Shown: piece by piece, positions 1-19,450 of the stretch
Layout: each line of letters begins with the position of its first letter
Numbering within the stretch: position 1 is the stretch's first letter
Assembly: GCF_009914755.1 (NCBI RefSeq)
Contig: NC_060937.1
DNA from: the human T2T-CHM13v2.0 reference genome, Homo sapiens
Length of the DNA: 64,000 nt
Strand: one strand, 5' to 3'
Made by a program: the position numbers and the translations under genes
Notes under the pieces: model-generated
What the model saw: only the letters and a program-made list of their open reading frames with translations
Database searches by the model: none
What the model was told of the DNA's origin: nothing

Positions 1-448
1 GTTACAGTTCATCCACAATGAATCATATATAGAATTATGGAGTCCTTCTCAGGCCATACTTAGTTCACTTAACAATGCCTTCCCTTTGGTTATTTTCTCA
101 ATTTTGAGAGATTGGCCAAAACTTCAGTCACTGATGTCACTATTACCATTGCAAATGTACTTACTTGGTTTAGAAACCCACTGGGAAATAGACCAGTGAG
201 ATTTGAAAAGGTGGAACAAGGACTTGAGTAGAAGGTATCTTCTTATGCTGGAACATCCTGTTTACAGGAGAAAAACAAACCTGGTTTGTTCTAGGATTTA
301 TGTGTTTCCTTAAAGTCTTAGTTTGATTATGTTACATTTAGCAAGAGTGACTCCATTTTGGTTTGGTTTGGTCTGGTTTGGACCTATTGCATGAGTTTAG
401 TTCAAAACAATGACCTCCCATAATTTTGCTTAAAAAATTCCTCCTTTT

Positions 449-749
<301 letters not shown>

Positions 750-815
750 TCAGTCAAGTTCTCACTTAGTTGAGAGTGTGACCAAAATGTAGGGCCTTAT
801 CATCACTCTTAGTTA

Positions 816-1660
816 CCATTGTTTTGGGTTCCGGGTTTAGCACGTCATTCCCATTGTTTTGGGTTTCTGGTTTAGCACATCACTCCCATTGTTTTGGGTT
901 CCAGTTTTAGCACGTCACTCCCGTTGTTTTGGGTTCCAGTTTTAGCAAGTCACTCCCATTGTTTTGGGTTCCAGTTTTAGCACGTCACTCCCGTTGTTTT
1001 GGGTTCCAGTTTTAGCACGTCACTCCCATTGTTTTGGGTTTCTGGTTTAGCAGGTCACTCCCATTGTTTTCGGTTTCTGGGTTAGCAGGATGCTCCCATT
1101 GTTTTGGGTTTCTGGTTTAGCAGGTCACTCCCATTGTTTTGGGTTCCGGTTTCAGCACATCACTCCCATTGTTTTCATTTCCGGTTTTAGCACATCACTC
1201 CCATTGTTTTGGGTTCCAGTTTTAGCAAGTCACTCCCATTGTTTTGGGTTCTGATTTTAGTGCACATCACCCCCATTGTTTTGGGTTCCAGTTTTAGTAT
1301 ATCACTCTCATTGTTTTGGGTTTCTGGTTTAGCACGTCACTCCCATTGTTTTGGGTTTCTGGTTTTGCAGGTCACTCCCATTGTTTTGGGTTCTGGTTTA
1401 AGCACATCACTCCCATTGTTTTCATTTCCGCTTTTGGCACGTCACTCCCATTGTTTTGGGTTCCAGTTTTAGCAAGTCACTCCCATTGTTTTGGGTTTCT
1501 TGTTTAGCACGTCAATCCCATTGTTTTGGGTTCTGGTTTTAGTGCACGTCACTCCCATTGTTTTGGGTTCCCGTTTTAGTACATCACTCCCATTGTTTTG
1601 GGTTTCTGGTTTAGCATGTCACCCCCATTGTTTTGGGTTTCCGGTTTAGCATGTCACTCA
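816..1660. repeat. 35-bp minisatellite (VNTR), about 24 copies
   Basis: Unit cactcccattgttttgggtt(t/c)c(t/a)g(g/t)tttagcacgt repeated head-to-tail with no unique spacers. Confidence 0.97.
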
Positions 1661-2931
1661 TAGGTTATGGTGTCCTTACGGTTGCACTTTTTTTTTAATC
1701 TCTTGTCATTCCAGTTGAAGAGATACCATTTGATATTTTAGAGATGCCTGCATGCAAACTCTTAAAACATTTGAGTAAGTACAGTGCACCAGGGAGACTC
1801 TTATGACTGTTGGGATAACACCAAGAATTTGGTATATGCTCCTAACTCAGGGTCCCCATAAATCAAACCACCTAAAATCAAATAGATTAAAGAATGAATT
1901 AGATAAAGAGTTTACTTGCTTAACTAAGTGGGTTTTTTTGTTAATTCCCTACAACCAAATTTTTATAATACCCCATGTTTTCTCCACATGCTGTAAGTGT
2001 TAGCAGCTGCACAGATACTTAAGATAAGTGTCTCATGATAGTAGAGAAGTCTTGATCTGTGATCTTGGGAAAAGCTGTTCACATTAAGGATGCCATCTTC
2101 TTCTGGGGGGAACTGTCCTTGTTAGCTTTACCTTAAGGGTTCCAATGGGTATATGGTTCCAAGTGTGGAAGGACCTTTCTGAGTTGTGAGACTATGAACC
2201 CAAAGTTTAAGGTTTTAAAGTTTTGCTGTCATGTGGATGGCAAGGGCAGTCCTTCTCTGATGTTCTCAGAAGATCCAGTCATCAGATTCCAGATTTTGAA
2301 GGGGTTGACTGTCCTCAGTGAACCATAAAAGGCTTTCTTTACCTGGTGAAAATACACTTCAGGGTAATAATCTACTGTTTTAACATCAACTCTCTCGCAT
2401 GGAAGAGCTTTTATACAATCAGAAAACATGCACTGAAAATGACAACTGAATCAAATCCCTTTATAAAATGTTTAAATGGCCCATCAGGTAACCAAATGTA
2501 CCTGAAGTTTTGATTGTTTTCCTAGAAATATAGGTTTGACAAACTAAACATTGGTTATAAACTATTTTAGCAGTTTAGAAATCACCACAACAATATATTT
2601 AATTTGGATCATTTTCTCTTTCCATGATGAGTTATGGAATGCAGAACTTTTAATAACAAAAGTTTTAAGGACTTAAGAAGGATAAGGTGGCCATCCTGGT
2701 TCTTCATAAGTCTGTGCTTAATTAACATTAGACTTACATCCTCTTGAATACCAGCTGTTTCTCCAAATTACGTGCATGGCACTGGTAACTGATGAGTAGT
2801 TATAGGTGATTTGACTTAGACCATGGAGTTTATTTAAATTATATACCTAAACAATTTCAATATTGGTGATTTAGCATGCAAATGTGGCAAAATATTTCCT
2901 TGGTATACAATTTTTGTTTTACTTAGGTTAG

Positions 2932-3262
<331 letters not shown>

Positions 3263-3570
3263 AACTTTTGAGAATTCTTAACCTGTCCAATTCTTGGGGT
3301 ATCAGGGAACTTATGGGGAATTTTTACCCATTATATTAAAGTTATTAAAAATCTGTGTTCACGAGTGTTTTTCAGGATCCTTTTCATTCTTTCATGAATC
3401 TTCTAAGAGACACCATATTCTAGAATTTTGCATGCTTGTGAAGTTTTTAGAAACTGCATCACCATTAAGCAATTAACTGTGGAAATGACTTTAAATAGTT
3501 ATAGATAAAGACAATTGACAAGGAAATTTGGTTATTTCTGTGGTCTACAATAACTTAATAACCATAATTA

Positions 3571-3891
<321 letters not shown>

Positions 3892-4519
3892 TTAGAATGG
3901 ATTGATGACATACACCGAATATAACCTAAAGAAGGTTCAACATTATTTTGTATTTTGACAGTGCTAGCCATGTGACTTAACATGTTAAATAGTCCTGTTT
4001 ACCTCTCTTTTGGGTGCTTCAGGGGCCTCTGTAGTATCCCAAAGTTAGAGGTCAGAAAAGACAATTTTGAAGTTGCAATTTGATTTTGGGAAGCGTATTA
4101 AATATATTAAAGGTTTAAACACTTGATGTTATGAAATAGAATTCCACGTCAACGTAAGTCATTCATTTACCTAAAATCATGACTTAAAAAATTTTTAAAG
4201 GGCAAAAATCTTTACTCATTGATAGGGGGAAGACTTATCTCCACAAATAATCTGCCTCTTGTTTTTCCTTTTTTTTGGTAGTTTATTTACAAGGCAAACA
4301 AATTTTTCATTTTTTAATTTTATTTTATTATTATTATTATTATTATTATACTTTAAGTTTTAGGGTTTATGTGCACAATGTGCCAGTTAGTTACATATGT
4401 ATACATGTGTCAGTCTGGTGGGCTGCACCCATTAACTCGTCATTTAGCATTAGGTATATCTCCTAATGCTATTCCTCCCCCCCCCCACCCCACAACAGTC
4501 CCCAGAGTGTGATGTTCCC

Positions 4520-8357
<3,838 letters not shown>

Positions 8358-8420
8358 TATAATGTTAGCTGGTTATTTTGCTCGTTAATTGACGCAGTTT
8401 CTTCCTAGTCTTGATGTTCT

Positions 8421-9437
8421 TTACAATTTGGCATGTTTTTGCAGTGGCTGGTACCGATTGTGCCTTTCCATGTTTAGTGCTTCCTTCAGGAACTCTTTTA
8501 GGACAGGCCTGGTGGTGAAAAAATCGCTCAGCATTTGCTTGTCTGTAAAGTATTTTATTTCTCCTTCACTTATGAAGCTTAGTTTGGCTGGATATGAAAT
8601 TCTGGGTTGAAAATTCTTTTCTGTAAGTATGTTGAATATTGGCCCCCACTCTCTTCTTGCTTGCAGAGTTTCTGCCAAGAGATCAGCAGTTATTCTGATG
8701 GGCTTCCCTTTATGGGTAACCTGACCTTTCTCTCTGGTTGCCCTTAATATTTTTTCCTTCATTTCAACTTTGGTGAATCTCACAATTATGTGTCTTGGAG
8801 TTGCTGTTCTCGAGGAGTATCTTTGTGGTGTTCTCTGTATTTCCTGAATCTGAATGTTGGCTGGCTTTGCTGGATTGGGGAAGTTCTCCAGGATAATATC
8901 CTGCAGAGTGTTTTCCAACTCGGTTCCATTCTCCCCGTCACTTTCAGGTACACCAATCAGATGCAGATTTGGTCTTTTCACATAGTCCCATATTTCTTGG
9001 AGGCTTTGTTCATTTCTTCTTATTCTTTTTTTTCTAAACTTCCCTTCTTGTTTCATTTCATTCATTTCATCTTTCATCACTGATACACTTTCTTCCAGTT
9101 GATCTCATCATCTCCTGAGGCTTCTGCATTCTTCACATAGTTCTCGAGCCTTGGCTTTCAGCTCCATTAGCTCCTTTAAGCACTTCTCTATATTGGTTAT
9201 TCTAGTTATACATTCGTCTAAAGTTTTTTCAAAGTTTTCAACTTCTTTGCCTTTGGTTTGAATTTCCTCCTGTAGCTCGGAGTAGTTTGATCGTCCGAAG
9301 CCCTCTTCTCTCAACTCGTCAAAGTCATTCTCTGTCCAGCTTTGTTCCATTGCTGGTGAGGAACAGCGTTCCTTTGGCAGAGGAGAGGTGCTCTGCTTTT
9401 TAGAGTTTCCAGTTTTTCTGCTCTGTTTTTTCCCCAT
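8421..9437 (-). pseudogene. L1 ORF1p, full-length frame (339 codons incl. stop) with one internal TGA at 9108-9110
   Basis: ORFs 9108..9437 and 8421..9080 lie in the same frame and both match L1 ORF1p. Confidence 0.93.
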
Positions 9438-9684
9438 CTTTGTGGTTTTATCTACTTTTGGTCTTTGATGATGGTGATGTACAGATGGGTTTTTGGTGTG
9501 GATGTCCTTTCTGTTTGTTAGTTTTCCTTCTAACAGACATGACCCTCAGCTTCAGGTCTGTTGGAGTTTGCTAGAGACCCATTCCAGACCCTGTTTGCCT
9601 GGCTATCAGCAGTGTTGTCTGCAAAACCGTGGATTTTCGTGATCCGCGAATGCTGCTGTCTGATCGTTCCTCTGGAAGTTTTGT

Positions 9685-12612
9685 CCTCCTGTGAACAATA
9701 TCACAGGAGGTTATACACAATCTGCGATATTGTTTGTAGTATCCAGTGGGAAAGAGGATGCTATTACTCCCCATATCACAGGGGGTGTACACCCCCACTG
9801 TGATATATTCAATAACATCCAGAAGTAATATTACTGACAAAATTGCAGGGGGTGTAAACCCCACCTGTGATAACGTTCCTAATATCCCTGGGAAGAGAGG
9901 ATGATATTATTCCCAATATTGCAGGGAGTGTACACCCACCCTATGATATTGTTATTAATACCCAGGAGGGGAGACAATGGTATTACTCACAGTATCAAAG
10001 AGGTTGTACAGCCCCCCTGTGATAGTTTCTAATATCCAGGGGGTGTATACCACCCTTGTGATATTGTTTCTAATATGTAGGGGGAAGGACAATGATATTA
10101 CTGTCCGTATCACAGGGGGTGTACAACAAGCCCCCCGGGATGTCATTCCTAATATCCATGGGAAGAAAGAATATTATAATATCACAGAAGTTGTACACCC
10201 CCTCTGTGATATTGTTCCTAATATCAAAGACAGAAGGGTATGATGTTCTTCCCAAAATCACAGGAAGTGTATACACACCCTGTGCTATTTTTCCTAATAT
10301 CGAGAGTGAGAGACAATGATACTTCCAATATCATAAGGAGTGTACACTCTCCCCGTGATACCAGGTGGGGAAATGTTGATATTACTCCAAATGTCACAGT
10401 GGGTGTACACACGTTTTGCGATATTGTTCCTAATAGCAAGTGGGGAGGAGGATTGTATTACTCCCACCATATTACTCCCCACACCCCATTATACTGTTCT
10501 TAATATCCAGATTTGGAGAGGATGATATTACTCCCAAAATCTCAGGAGGTGTAGACCCCTTCTGTGATACTGTTTCTTATATCCAGGGGAAGACTAGATG
10601 ATAGTACTCCCAACAGTGCAGGGTGTTACACGCCACCCCCCATGATATTGTCTCTAATATCAAGTTGGGGAGAGGGTGATATTGCTCCAAATAGTGTAAA
10701 GGGTGCACACCAGCACTGTGATATTATTCCTAGTATCCAGAGAAGGAGAGAACGGTATTATTTTTAATATCACAGAGGCTGCACACCCCCCTTGTGATAC
10801 TGCTCCTAACATCCAAGGGGTAGAGGATGAAATTACTCCCAATATCACAGTGGGTATACACCCCCCGTGGTATTGTTCCTAATATCCAGGGGGTATAGGA
10901 TGATAGTACTATAAATATCGCAAGGGGTGTACACTCCTTCTGATATTGTTACTAATATCCGTGGGGGGAGTAGATGATATTACTTCCAATATCACAGGGC
11001 ATGTACACCCCCCTTGTGATATTGTTCCTAATATCCTGGGAGGAGACTACGATATTACTGGCAATATCGCAGGGTGTGTGCATTCCCGTGATATTGTTCC
11101 TAATGTCCAGCAAGGGAGAAAATATTACTCCCAATATGGCGGGGGTGTACACTTCCCGTGCGATATCGTTCCTAATATCCATGGGGGAAAAGGATGATAT
11201 TACTCTAAATGTCGCAGGAGGTGTAAACCGCCCCTGTGATATTGTTCTCAATATCCATGGGGGGAGAGAATGATATTACTCCCAATATCACAGGTGGTGT
11301 ACACCCCTCCTGTTATATTATTCCTAATATCCAGGTTGGGAGAGAATAATATTACAGGTAAAATAGCAGGGGGTGTACACTCCGCCTGTGATATTGTTCC
11401 TAATATCTCAGGGAAGAGTGGACAATATTACTCTCAATATCGCAGGATGTGTACACCCCCTTTGTGATATTGTTCCTAATATCCATAGGGGGAGAGGGTG
11501 ATACCACTCCCAATAATGCAGAAAAGGTACAGCCCCGCTGTGATATCATTCCTAATATCCAGAGGGGACAGGATGATATTACTCCCAATATCACAGAGGG
11601 CATACACTCCCTCCCCATGATATTGTTCATAATACCCAGGGGATAGAGGATGATATTACTCCCAATATCGCAGTGGGTGTACAACCACCCTGTGATATTG
11701 TTCCTAATATCCATGTGGAAAGGGTATAAAGTTACTCCCAATATCACAGGGGTTGTACAACCCCCTTGTGATATTGTTCCTTATATTCGGGGGAGAGACA
11801 ATGATATAGCTGTCCATATTGCAGGTGGTGTACAACCCCCTGGGAATTTGTTCCTAATATTCAGTGGGGAAGATGATATTAATTAAAATGTCACGGGGTG
11901 TATACAACCCCTTTGTGATATTATTCCTAATATCCAGGGAAAGAAGGAATATTATTCCCAATATCGCAGGGGATGTACACCCCTCTCTGATACTCTTTCT
12001 AATATCCCTGGGGGGAGTCTATAATATTACTGGCAATATCATAAGGAGTGTATACCCCCCGTTATATTGTTCCTTATGTCCAGCAAGGGAGAAAATATTA
12101 ATCCCAATATGGAACATGGTGTAGACACCCATGAGTTATTGTTCCTAATATCCAGGGAGGGAAAGGATGATATTACTCCCAATGTTGCAGTGGTGTATAA
12201 CCCCCCGTGATATTGTTCCTAATATCTAGGTGGGGAAAGTACAGTATTACTCCCAATATAGCAGGGGTTGTACACCACCTTTGTGATATTGTTGTACATA
12301 TCCATGGGGAAAGAAAATGATAGTACTCCCCAATATCACAGGTGGTGTACAACCCCTTGTGATACTGTTTCTAATATCCATGTTGGGGGAGGATATTACT
12401 CCCAATATTGCACGTGTTGCACAGACCCCCTTTGATATTGCTTGTACTATGCAGGGTGTCGGGGGAGAGGATGATATTGGGAGTAATATCACCCTCTCTC
12501 CCCGGATATTAAAAGCAACATTCAGGGTGGTCGACACTTCCTGCACTATTGAGTATAATATCCTCTCCCAACCTGGATATTAGGAACAATATCACAGGGG
12601 CATGTACACTCC
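9685..12612. repeat. SATR1/SATR2-type satellite array, diverged ~75-bp monomers
   Basis: Monomer gatattgttcctaatatccaggggggagaggatgatattactcccaatatcgcagggggtgtacacccccctgt repeated ~38-40 times; family name from recall. Confidence 0.85.
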
Positions 12613-14645
12613 CTTCCTTTCACCATATACAAAAATCAACTCAAGATGGATGAAGGACTTATGTAAGACCCAAAACTATATAAACCCTAGAAGAAAACTT
12701 AGGAAATATCATTCTGGACATAGGCGCAGGCAAATATTTCATGATGAAGATTCCAAAAGCAATTGCAACAAGAAGAATTGACGAGTGGGACCTAATGAAA
12801 CTAAAGAGCTTCAGCACAGCAAAAGAAACTATCAACAGAGAACACCCTACAGAACAGAAGAAAATATTTTCAAATTACATATCTGAAAAAGGTCTAATAC
12901 TTAGTATGTATAAAGAATCAATAAGCAAAAAGCAAACCCACTACAAATAGGCAAAGAACATGAGCCCCCACATTCACCATCCTCAAGTCCATGTGCAACT
13001 TCTTTCTGGATGCTGGACAAGGACTTGGGTACCAAGAGGGCACTGAACGGGTTAACACTTAAGCCGTCTGTAGATTCTTTTTTCAAAAGACAACGTATGT
13101 ATGGCAAACAACCATATGAAAAAATACTCAACATCACTAATCATCAGAAAATCAGAACCATGAGATACCATATCACACCGGTCAGAATGGCTATAATTAA
13201 AAAATCAAAACATAACAGACGGTGCCGAGTTTGTGGAAAAAAGGGAATGCTTATACACTGCTGGTGGTGATATAGAAAGGAGACAGGGAAATACTGGGTA
13301 GAAGAGAGTGGTTCCCTGGCAAAGCCCTGCCCACAAGCCTGGAAACCCATGGCCGTAAATGGGAACAGGCATTCCTGCTTTTGCACCCAAAAGTTGTCTT
13401 TCAGCTCACCATGCACCCCTTGTCCTGTACCCATATATGCCCCAGACCCCAGGCTCCAGAAGCAGACAAGCAGATGAGGAGATGAACAGAAGAGCAGAAT
13501 TGCAAAATGATGTGGCAGAAAGAAGAGAAGGAGCATCTGAATGCCAAGAGGAGTTTGGCTGGCAGTGGTTGGAGAGATCAGCCTCTGGATGGCAAAGCTC
13601 CTGGGGAAGATCATCTTCCCATTCCATCCCCTTTCCAGCTTCCCATCCATCCCATTGAGTGCCACCTCCACCACTCAATAAAACCCCCACATTCACCATC
13701 CTCAAGTCTGTGTGCAACTTAATTCTTTCTGGATGCTGGACAAGGAACTGGGTACCAAGAGGGCACTGAACAGGTTAACACTTAAGCCGTCTGTGGATGG
13801 CAAAGCTAAAAGAGTGCACTGTAACACATGCCCACTTGGGCTGTAGGAGTCGCAGGAACCCACCCCTAGACAGTACCATGGCCACTTGCCCTGCCTATTG
13901 CACCTGCCTGTCTGCATGCTTCCCTGCCCAGTAAGGGGTTTGACAGCACACACGGTGGCCAGACAAGCCACACCTCTGTTGCACATCCTGCCAAGGGGAG
14001 TCAGGGAAGTCTCCAGTTTCATCAGGAATGTAAATTTGTTCAGCCATTGTGGAAAGCAGTTTGGAGATTTCTGAAATAACTTAAAACAGAACTACCATTC
14101 AACCCAGCAATCCCATTATTGGGTATATACCCAAAGGAATATAAATCATTCTGTCATAGACATATGCACGCATATTTTCATTATAACACTATTCACAATA
14201 GCAAAGACACGGAATCAACTTAGATGCCTGTTAACAGAAGACTGGATTAAAAAAATGCAGCGTACATACACCATGGAATACTACACACCTATAAAATAGG
14301 ATGAAATAATGTCTTTTGCAGCAACATGAATGGAGCTGGATACCATTATTCTAAGTGAATTAATGCAGGAACAGAAAACCAAACAAACACTGCATGTTCT
14401 CACTTATAAGTGGGGGCTAAACATTGAGTCCACATGGACACAGAGAAGGGAACAATAGACACAAGGTCTACTGTGGCTGGATGGTGGGGGGAGAGTGAGG
14501 ATCAAAAAACTCCCTATTAGATACTACGTTCACTACCTGGATGACTACGTAATCTGTACACCAAATCCCATTGACACACATTTTACCCATATAATAAACC
14601 TGCACATGTACCCGCTGAACCTAAAATAAATGTTGGAAGGAAATA
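12613..14645 (+). mobile_element. Older L1 3' fragment (L1PA/L1PB-type ORF2 C-terminus + 3'UTR), interrupted by an LTR
   Basis: caccatatacaaaaatcaactcaagatgga..., gaactaccattcaacccagcaatcccatta..., aacctgcacatgtaccc...ctaaaataaa. Confidence 0.9.
13268..14021 (+). mobile_element. Solo LTR, MER50-like (ERV1)
   Basis: TG...CA termini (tgatatagaaaggagacagggaaatactggg ... ctccagtttca), internal AATAAA at ~13677; L1 sequence resumes after it. Confidence 0.75.
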
Positions 14646-15503
14646 AAGTTACAACCAACTCTTGTACTATTGTGAGGAAACAATCATATGTGTTGACAAA
14701 AAAATCAGCTACTAATAGATTTATAATAGTATATATGTAGCAGAAAAATATCAGATATAACTTATATACCCAAAAGTATGACTTAAAAACAGCATGACAA
14801 TCTTTATGATGGGATATTGTGCAACTACTAGAAGCACATTTTCAGAGATTATTTATTAACATACGATAATGACTACATTGAGTGGTTTTTAGAAGCATGA
14901 ATTGAAACCATGTATAAGCATGACTTTATTGAACTTATATATAACATTACACACACATTTACATAATTATAAAATAAGTATGCTCATGTTCATAATATGT
15001 ATTTATTTATATTCATATGTAAGGCCAATAGGAAGTAATCTCTGTATCTGAGTTATTATTTCATAAATAATTTATGCTTGTTCTGTGAAAATAAAAACAC
15101 TGCTATGGATCTTCCAAGTATCCTGAAAGGATACCGTTTATAATTAAACAATAACAATTTAAAAAATCAATTGTATTGAAAGATAATTTACATAAAATAA
15201 ATACTATTTTAAAGTGCACAGTTTGCTGAGTTTTGCCAGATGTAACCATCCAGGTGAATAAAATTGATTAAACTGATCTTTCAAATAATAAATTAACTTT
15301 GCAATCTTGCTAGAAATTTAATTTGTTCACAGTTTATTATCCATTCTATGTACTGCTACATTCAATTGGTTATTATGTTTTAAGGACTTTTGAGTCTATG
15401 TTTATGAGGGATAAACATCAAAGTTGTATAATGCCTTTGTCTCGATTTGGAATCGGCAATACTGGGTTCATAAAATAAGATAGGAAATGTCCCTTTAAAT
15501 TTT

Positions 15504-15810
<307 letters not shown>

Positions 15811-15854
15811 TTAAATTCTATTTCTTAAAAAGAGTCCGTTCAAGATTGATGTTA

Positions 15855-16200
15855 TAGATACCCCTCAACTTACAATTGTTTTATGTCTTAATGAACTCAT
15901 CCTAAATTGAAAATATTGTAAGTCTAAAACGCATTTAATATATTTAACCTACTGAATATCATGACTTAGCCTCGCCTACCTTAAACTTGCTCAGAACACT
16001 TACATTATCCTACGATTGGGCAAAATCATCTACCACAAGGCCCATTTTAAAATATTGAGTTTCTCATGAAATTTATTGAAAACTATACTGATAGTGAAAA
16101 ACTGGTCATATTGATGCTCATCGTTAACGTACACAGATGAAAGCACCATTATCAAGTAAGAAGAGCACAAGTCAAACCACTGTAAGTTGAGGACTCTCTG
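15855..16200. mobile_element. MER47A-like non-autonomous Tigger DNA transposon
   Basis: Imperfect terminal inverted repeats (agatacccctcaacttaca... / ...tgtaagttgaggactctctg) flanked by TA; interior matches recalled MER47A. Confidence 0.8.
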
Positions 16201-17466
16201 TACTTTCTTAAATGTTTGATAGAATTCACCTGAGAAAGCATGTAGCCTGTAATTATAGAAATCTTTTTAAATTAAAAAAATTCTTCAATACATAGAGAAG
16301 CTATTACTTTTTCTATTTCATTTTGCATTAGTTTTAAGAATTAGATTTACAAATAATTTCCCATGTTATTTTAATTGTCAAATGTATTGGTCTAAAGTTT
16401 TCATAATTATATTGATGTCTGTAGTTTCTGTAGTTACATCCTCTATTTAATTCCCATTATCTACATTATGTAGCTTCTCTAATTTTTTTCGAGATAAATC
16501 TTGCTAGCCATTGTTTATTAAAAAATTTTTTTTCAAAGAACCAATTTGTGGGTATATTAATTAGCTCTACCTTTTGTTATTTGCTATGTTGTTGGTTTAC
16601 ATTTTTATCTTTATCATCTTCCTTCTTCTTAATTTGGATATACTTTGCTTATTTTTTAGCCTCTTAAAAAAGAAACTAAAGGTCATTGAAGCCTTTTATT
16701 TTCAATATATTACATCTATAAATGTACCTTTAAGAAACGGTTTATCTGCATCCCACATTTTATTAAGTTTTTAAAAAATTTTCTTTCAGTTTAAACTATT
16801 TTTTTTTGTGTGTGAAACTTTTCTTGGCCAATGGGTTTTTCTGAAGTATTTTGTTTAATGTTCAAATGTTGGGGTGTTATTGTACATATCCTACTGTTGT
16901 CCATCTCTGGTTCATGATACAATGCATGTTCTCCATTGCACTTAGATAACATGCCTCCATGTCTCTGGAGAATTCCTCAGTCTTTCTAAAATGCTTTTGA
17001 TGAATACTGGCCGTTATTTTGTAGAATGTCCCGCCTCAATTTCAGTTAGTCTGATGTTTTCTCATGGTTAGGACTAAAGTTATACATTTTGTCTAAGAAT
17101 ACCATAGAATTGATGTTTTGTCCTACTCAGTGCATCATATAAGAAATTACATGAAGTTCATTTATCTTATTATTAGTAATGTTAACTTTGATCACTTGGC
17201 TAAGTTGACATCTCCACTTTGAAGTTACTATTCTATAATTATCTTGTGGGAAGATACTTTCATATTATGCAAATATGTTCTTTCCCAACATATATTCACC
17301 ACTAATCTTAGCATTCCTCCAAGGTTCTTTCTTGCAACAATTATTACTATGATATTTGCAAAGTGATGATTCTTATATTTTATGTCTCCTACATTTAATG
17401 AAATCTTACTGTAATAAAATACTACCCACTCTCAATCTTTGGTTTATTATTTATGTCAATATGGAT

Positions 17467-17759
17467 TTTTGTTTTGAGTTGGAGTCTTGTTTTGTCATCC
17501 AGGCTGGTGTGCAATGGTGCGATTTCCGCTCACTGCACTTCCACCTTCCGGGATTCAAGCCATTCTCCTGCCTCAGCCTCCGGAGTAGCTGGGACTACAG
17601 GCATGTGCCACCATGCCCGGCTAATTTTTGTATTTTTAGTAGAGGCAGGGATTCACCACATTGGTCAGGCTGGTCTTGAACTCCTGACCTCAAGTGATCT
17701 GCCCGCCTCTGCCTCCCAAAGGGCTGGGAATACAGGCATGAGCAACTGCACCTGGCCTG
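17467..17759 (-). mobile_element. AluS
   Basis: Reverse Alu dimer. Confidence 0.93.
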
Positions 17760-19081
17760 GATTAATTGAAAATTTTCTCCTGTAGATAGTAATATATTAT
17801 TATTGTTATCTATTTTATTGCCCCAATTTTCTCAAATTTGGCTATGGAAGTTTATTCAAAGTGGATCTGTTTCCCTTTCACATTTTCCCCATTTTGTGAG
17901 CATTTCCTTACTTCCTAACATGACAAAATATTTCAAACTAATCTTGTATTTTCCCTGCCCAATCCTGCTATCAAATATGTCCCCAAGGAGCCTTGGTTCC
18001 TTTAATTGGAGAATGGTGTTCTCATTGTTACTGGGATGATGTTGTTTCTAGGCCCTTTTGTTAGAGGAGCTAGAAAATATATGTATGTATACTCACACAT
18101 TTATACACATCTGTACTTATTTATACAATTATCCATCTGTACGTATACTAAAAACAATGATTTCATGAAACTTTTGATCCCAATCCAACACTAGATAAAG
18201 ACTATATAGGCCCATTTATTTGCAAATCAGCACATAAACATAGAAGAATTATTAACAATATAAGCTGTAGCTTATGCTAAATGTTGGTTGGAACAGACAA
18301 TAAGTTATGGAGAACTTCAGAGGACACTAAGGTTGGATGGGATTTTGGAAGTTGTACAGGTCAATGCCACTCCATCTATTGGCTGAGTTTCACTAGGTTA
18401 ATACATGAACAACAACAAAAATAACCTAGATCAGAAGTTAAAGATCATTTTATTGACTATCTGCCGTGTCTGTGCCATTGCAGTGTACTAGGTGCACTTA
18501 CGAGTCCTCTACTTACAAACTGCTTTTCACAAAATATGAAACTCCAGGAAAAGGTTCAGACATACAACGTTTGTTTTTAAAATCTTTCTACAGCCTTGTA
18601 TCCTTTTTCCTTTCCTTCCTTTTACCCTTTTTAAAATGTGTTATGAGTTTTATCTTAGACTAACATCATCTGTAATGTTGCTATACGCCAGTATTCAGTT
18701 GCTGTGTTTGATGAATCATAAAATGGTGTAAAACTTCAATTAGTGTACTTTTTAAATAAAGTATCTATGAATGCATCCAGCAAAATATTTATGATTTGAG
18801 TATTCACACAATATTACTTTTCTCTGGATCTAACAATAATGTGAAAACGCAAAATGAATATAAAATATTAGCTAATAATAGATTTCAAAGTATTGTACAA
18901 GTATGAAAAATATATGATATTGTTACTTTCATATATGTAAAACATTAATAATTTTTGTCAACATAAACATCATCTTTACACCTAAACTTGTATTAATTCA
19001 ATTAAGAGTTAATATAGTATCCTAAAGTCATCAAATATTCAAAAATAGGATGTATTCTGACTTGGAATATACATAAAATTA

Positions 19082-19450
<369 letters not shown>

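Noticed and set aside
816-1660. CRISPR-like look of the 35-bp repeat
   Set aside because: Units are contiguous with no unique spacers, no cas genes, and the DNA is primate.
9685-12612. Many short ORFs and palindromic repeats in the SATR array
   Set aside because: ORFs occur in all frames on both strands and are short; they are artefacts of the monomer.
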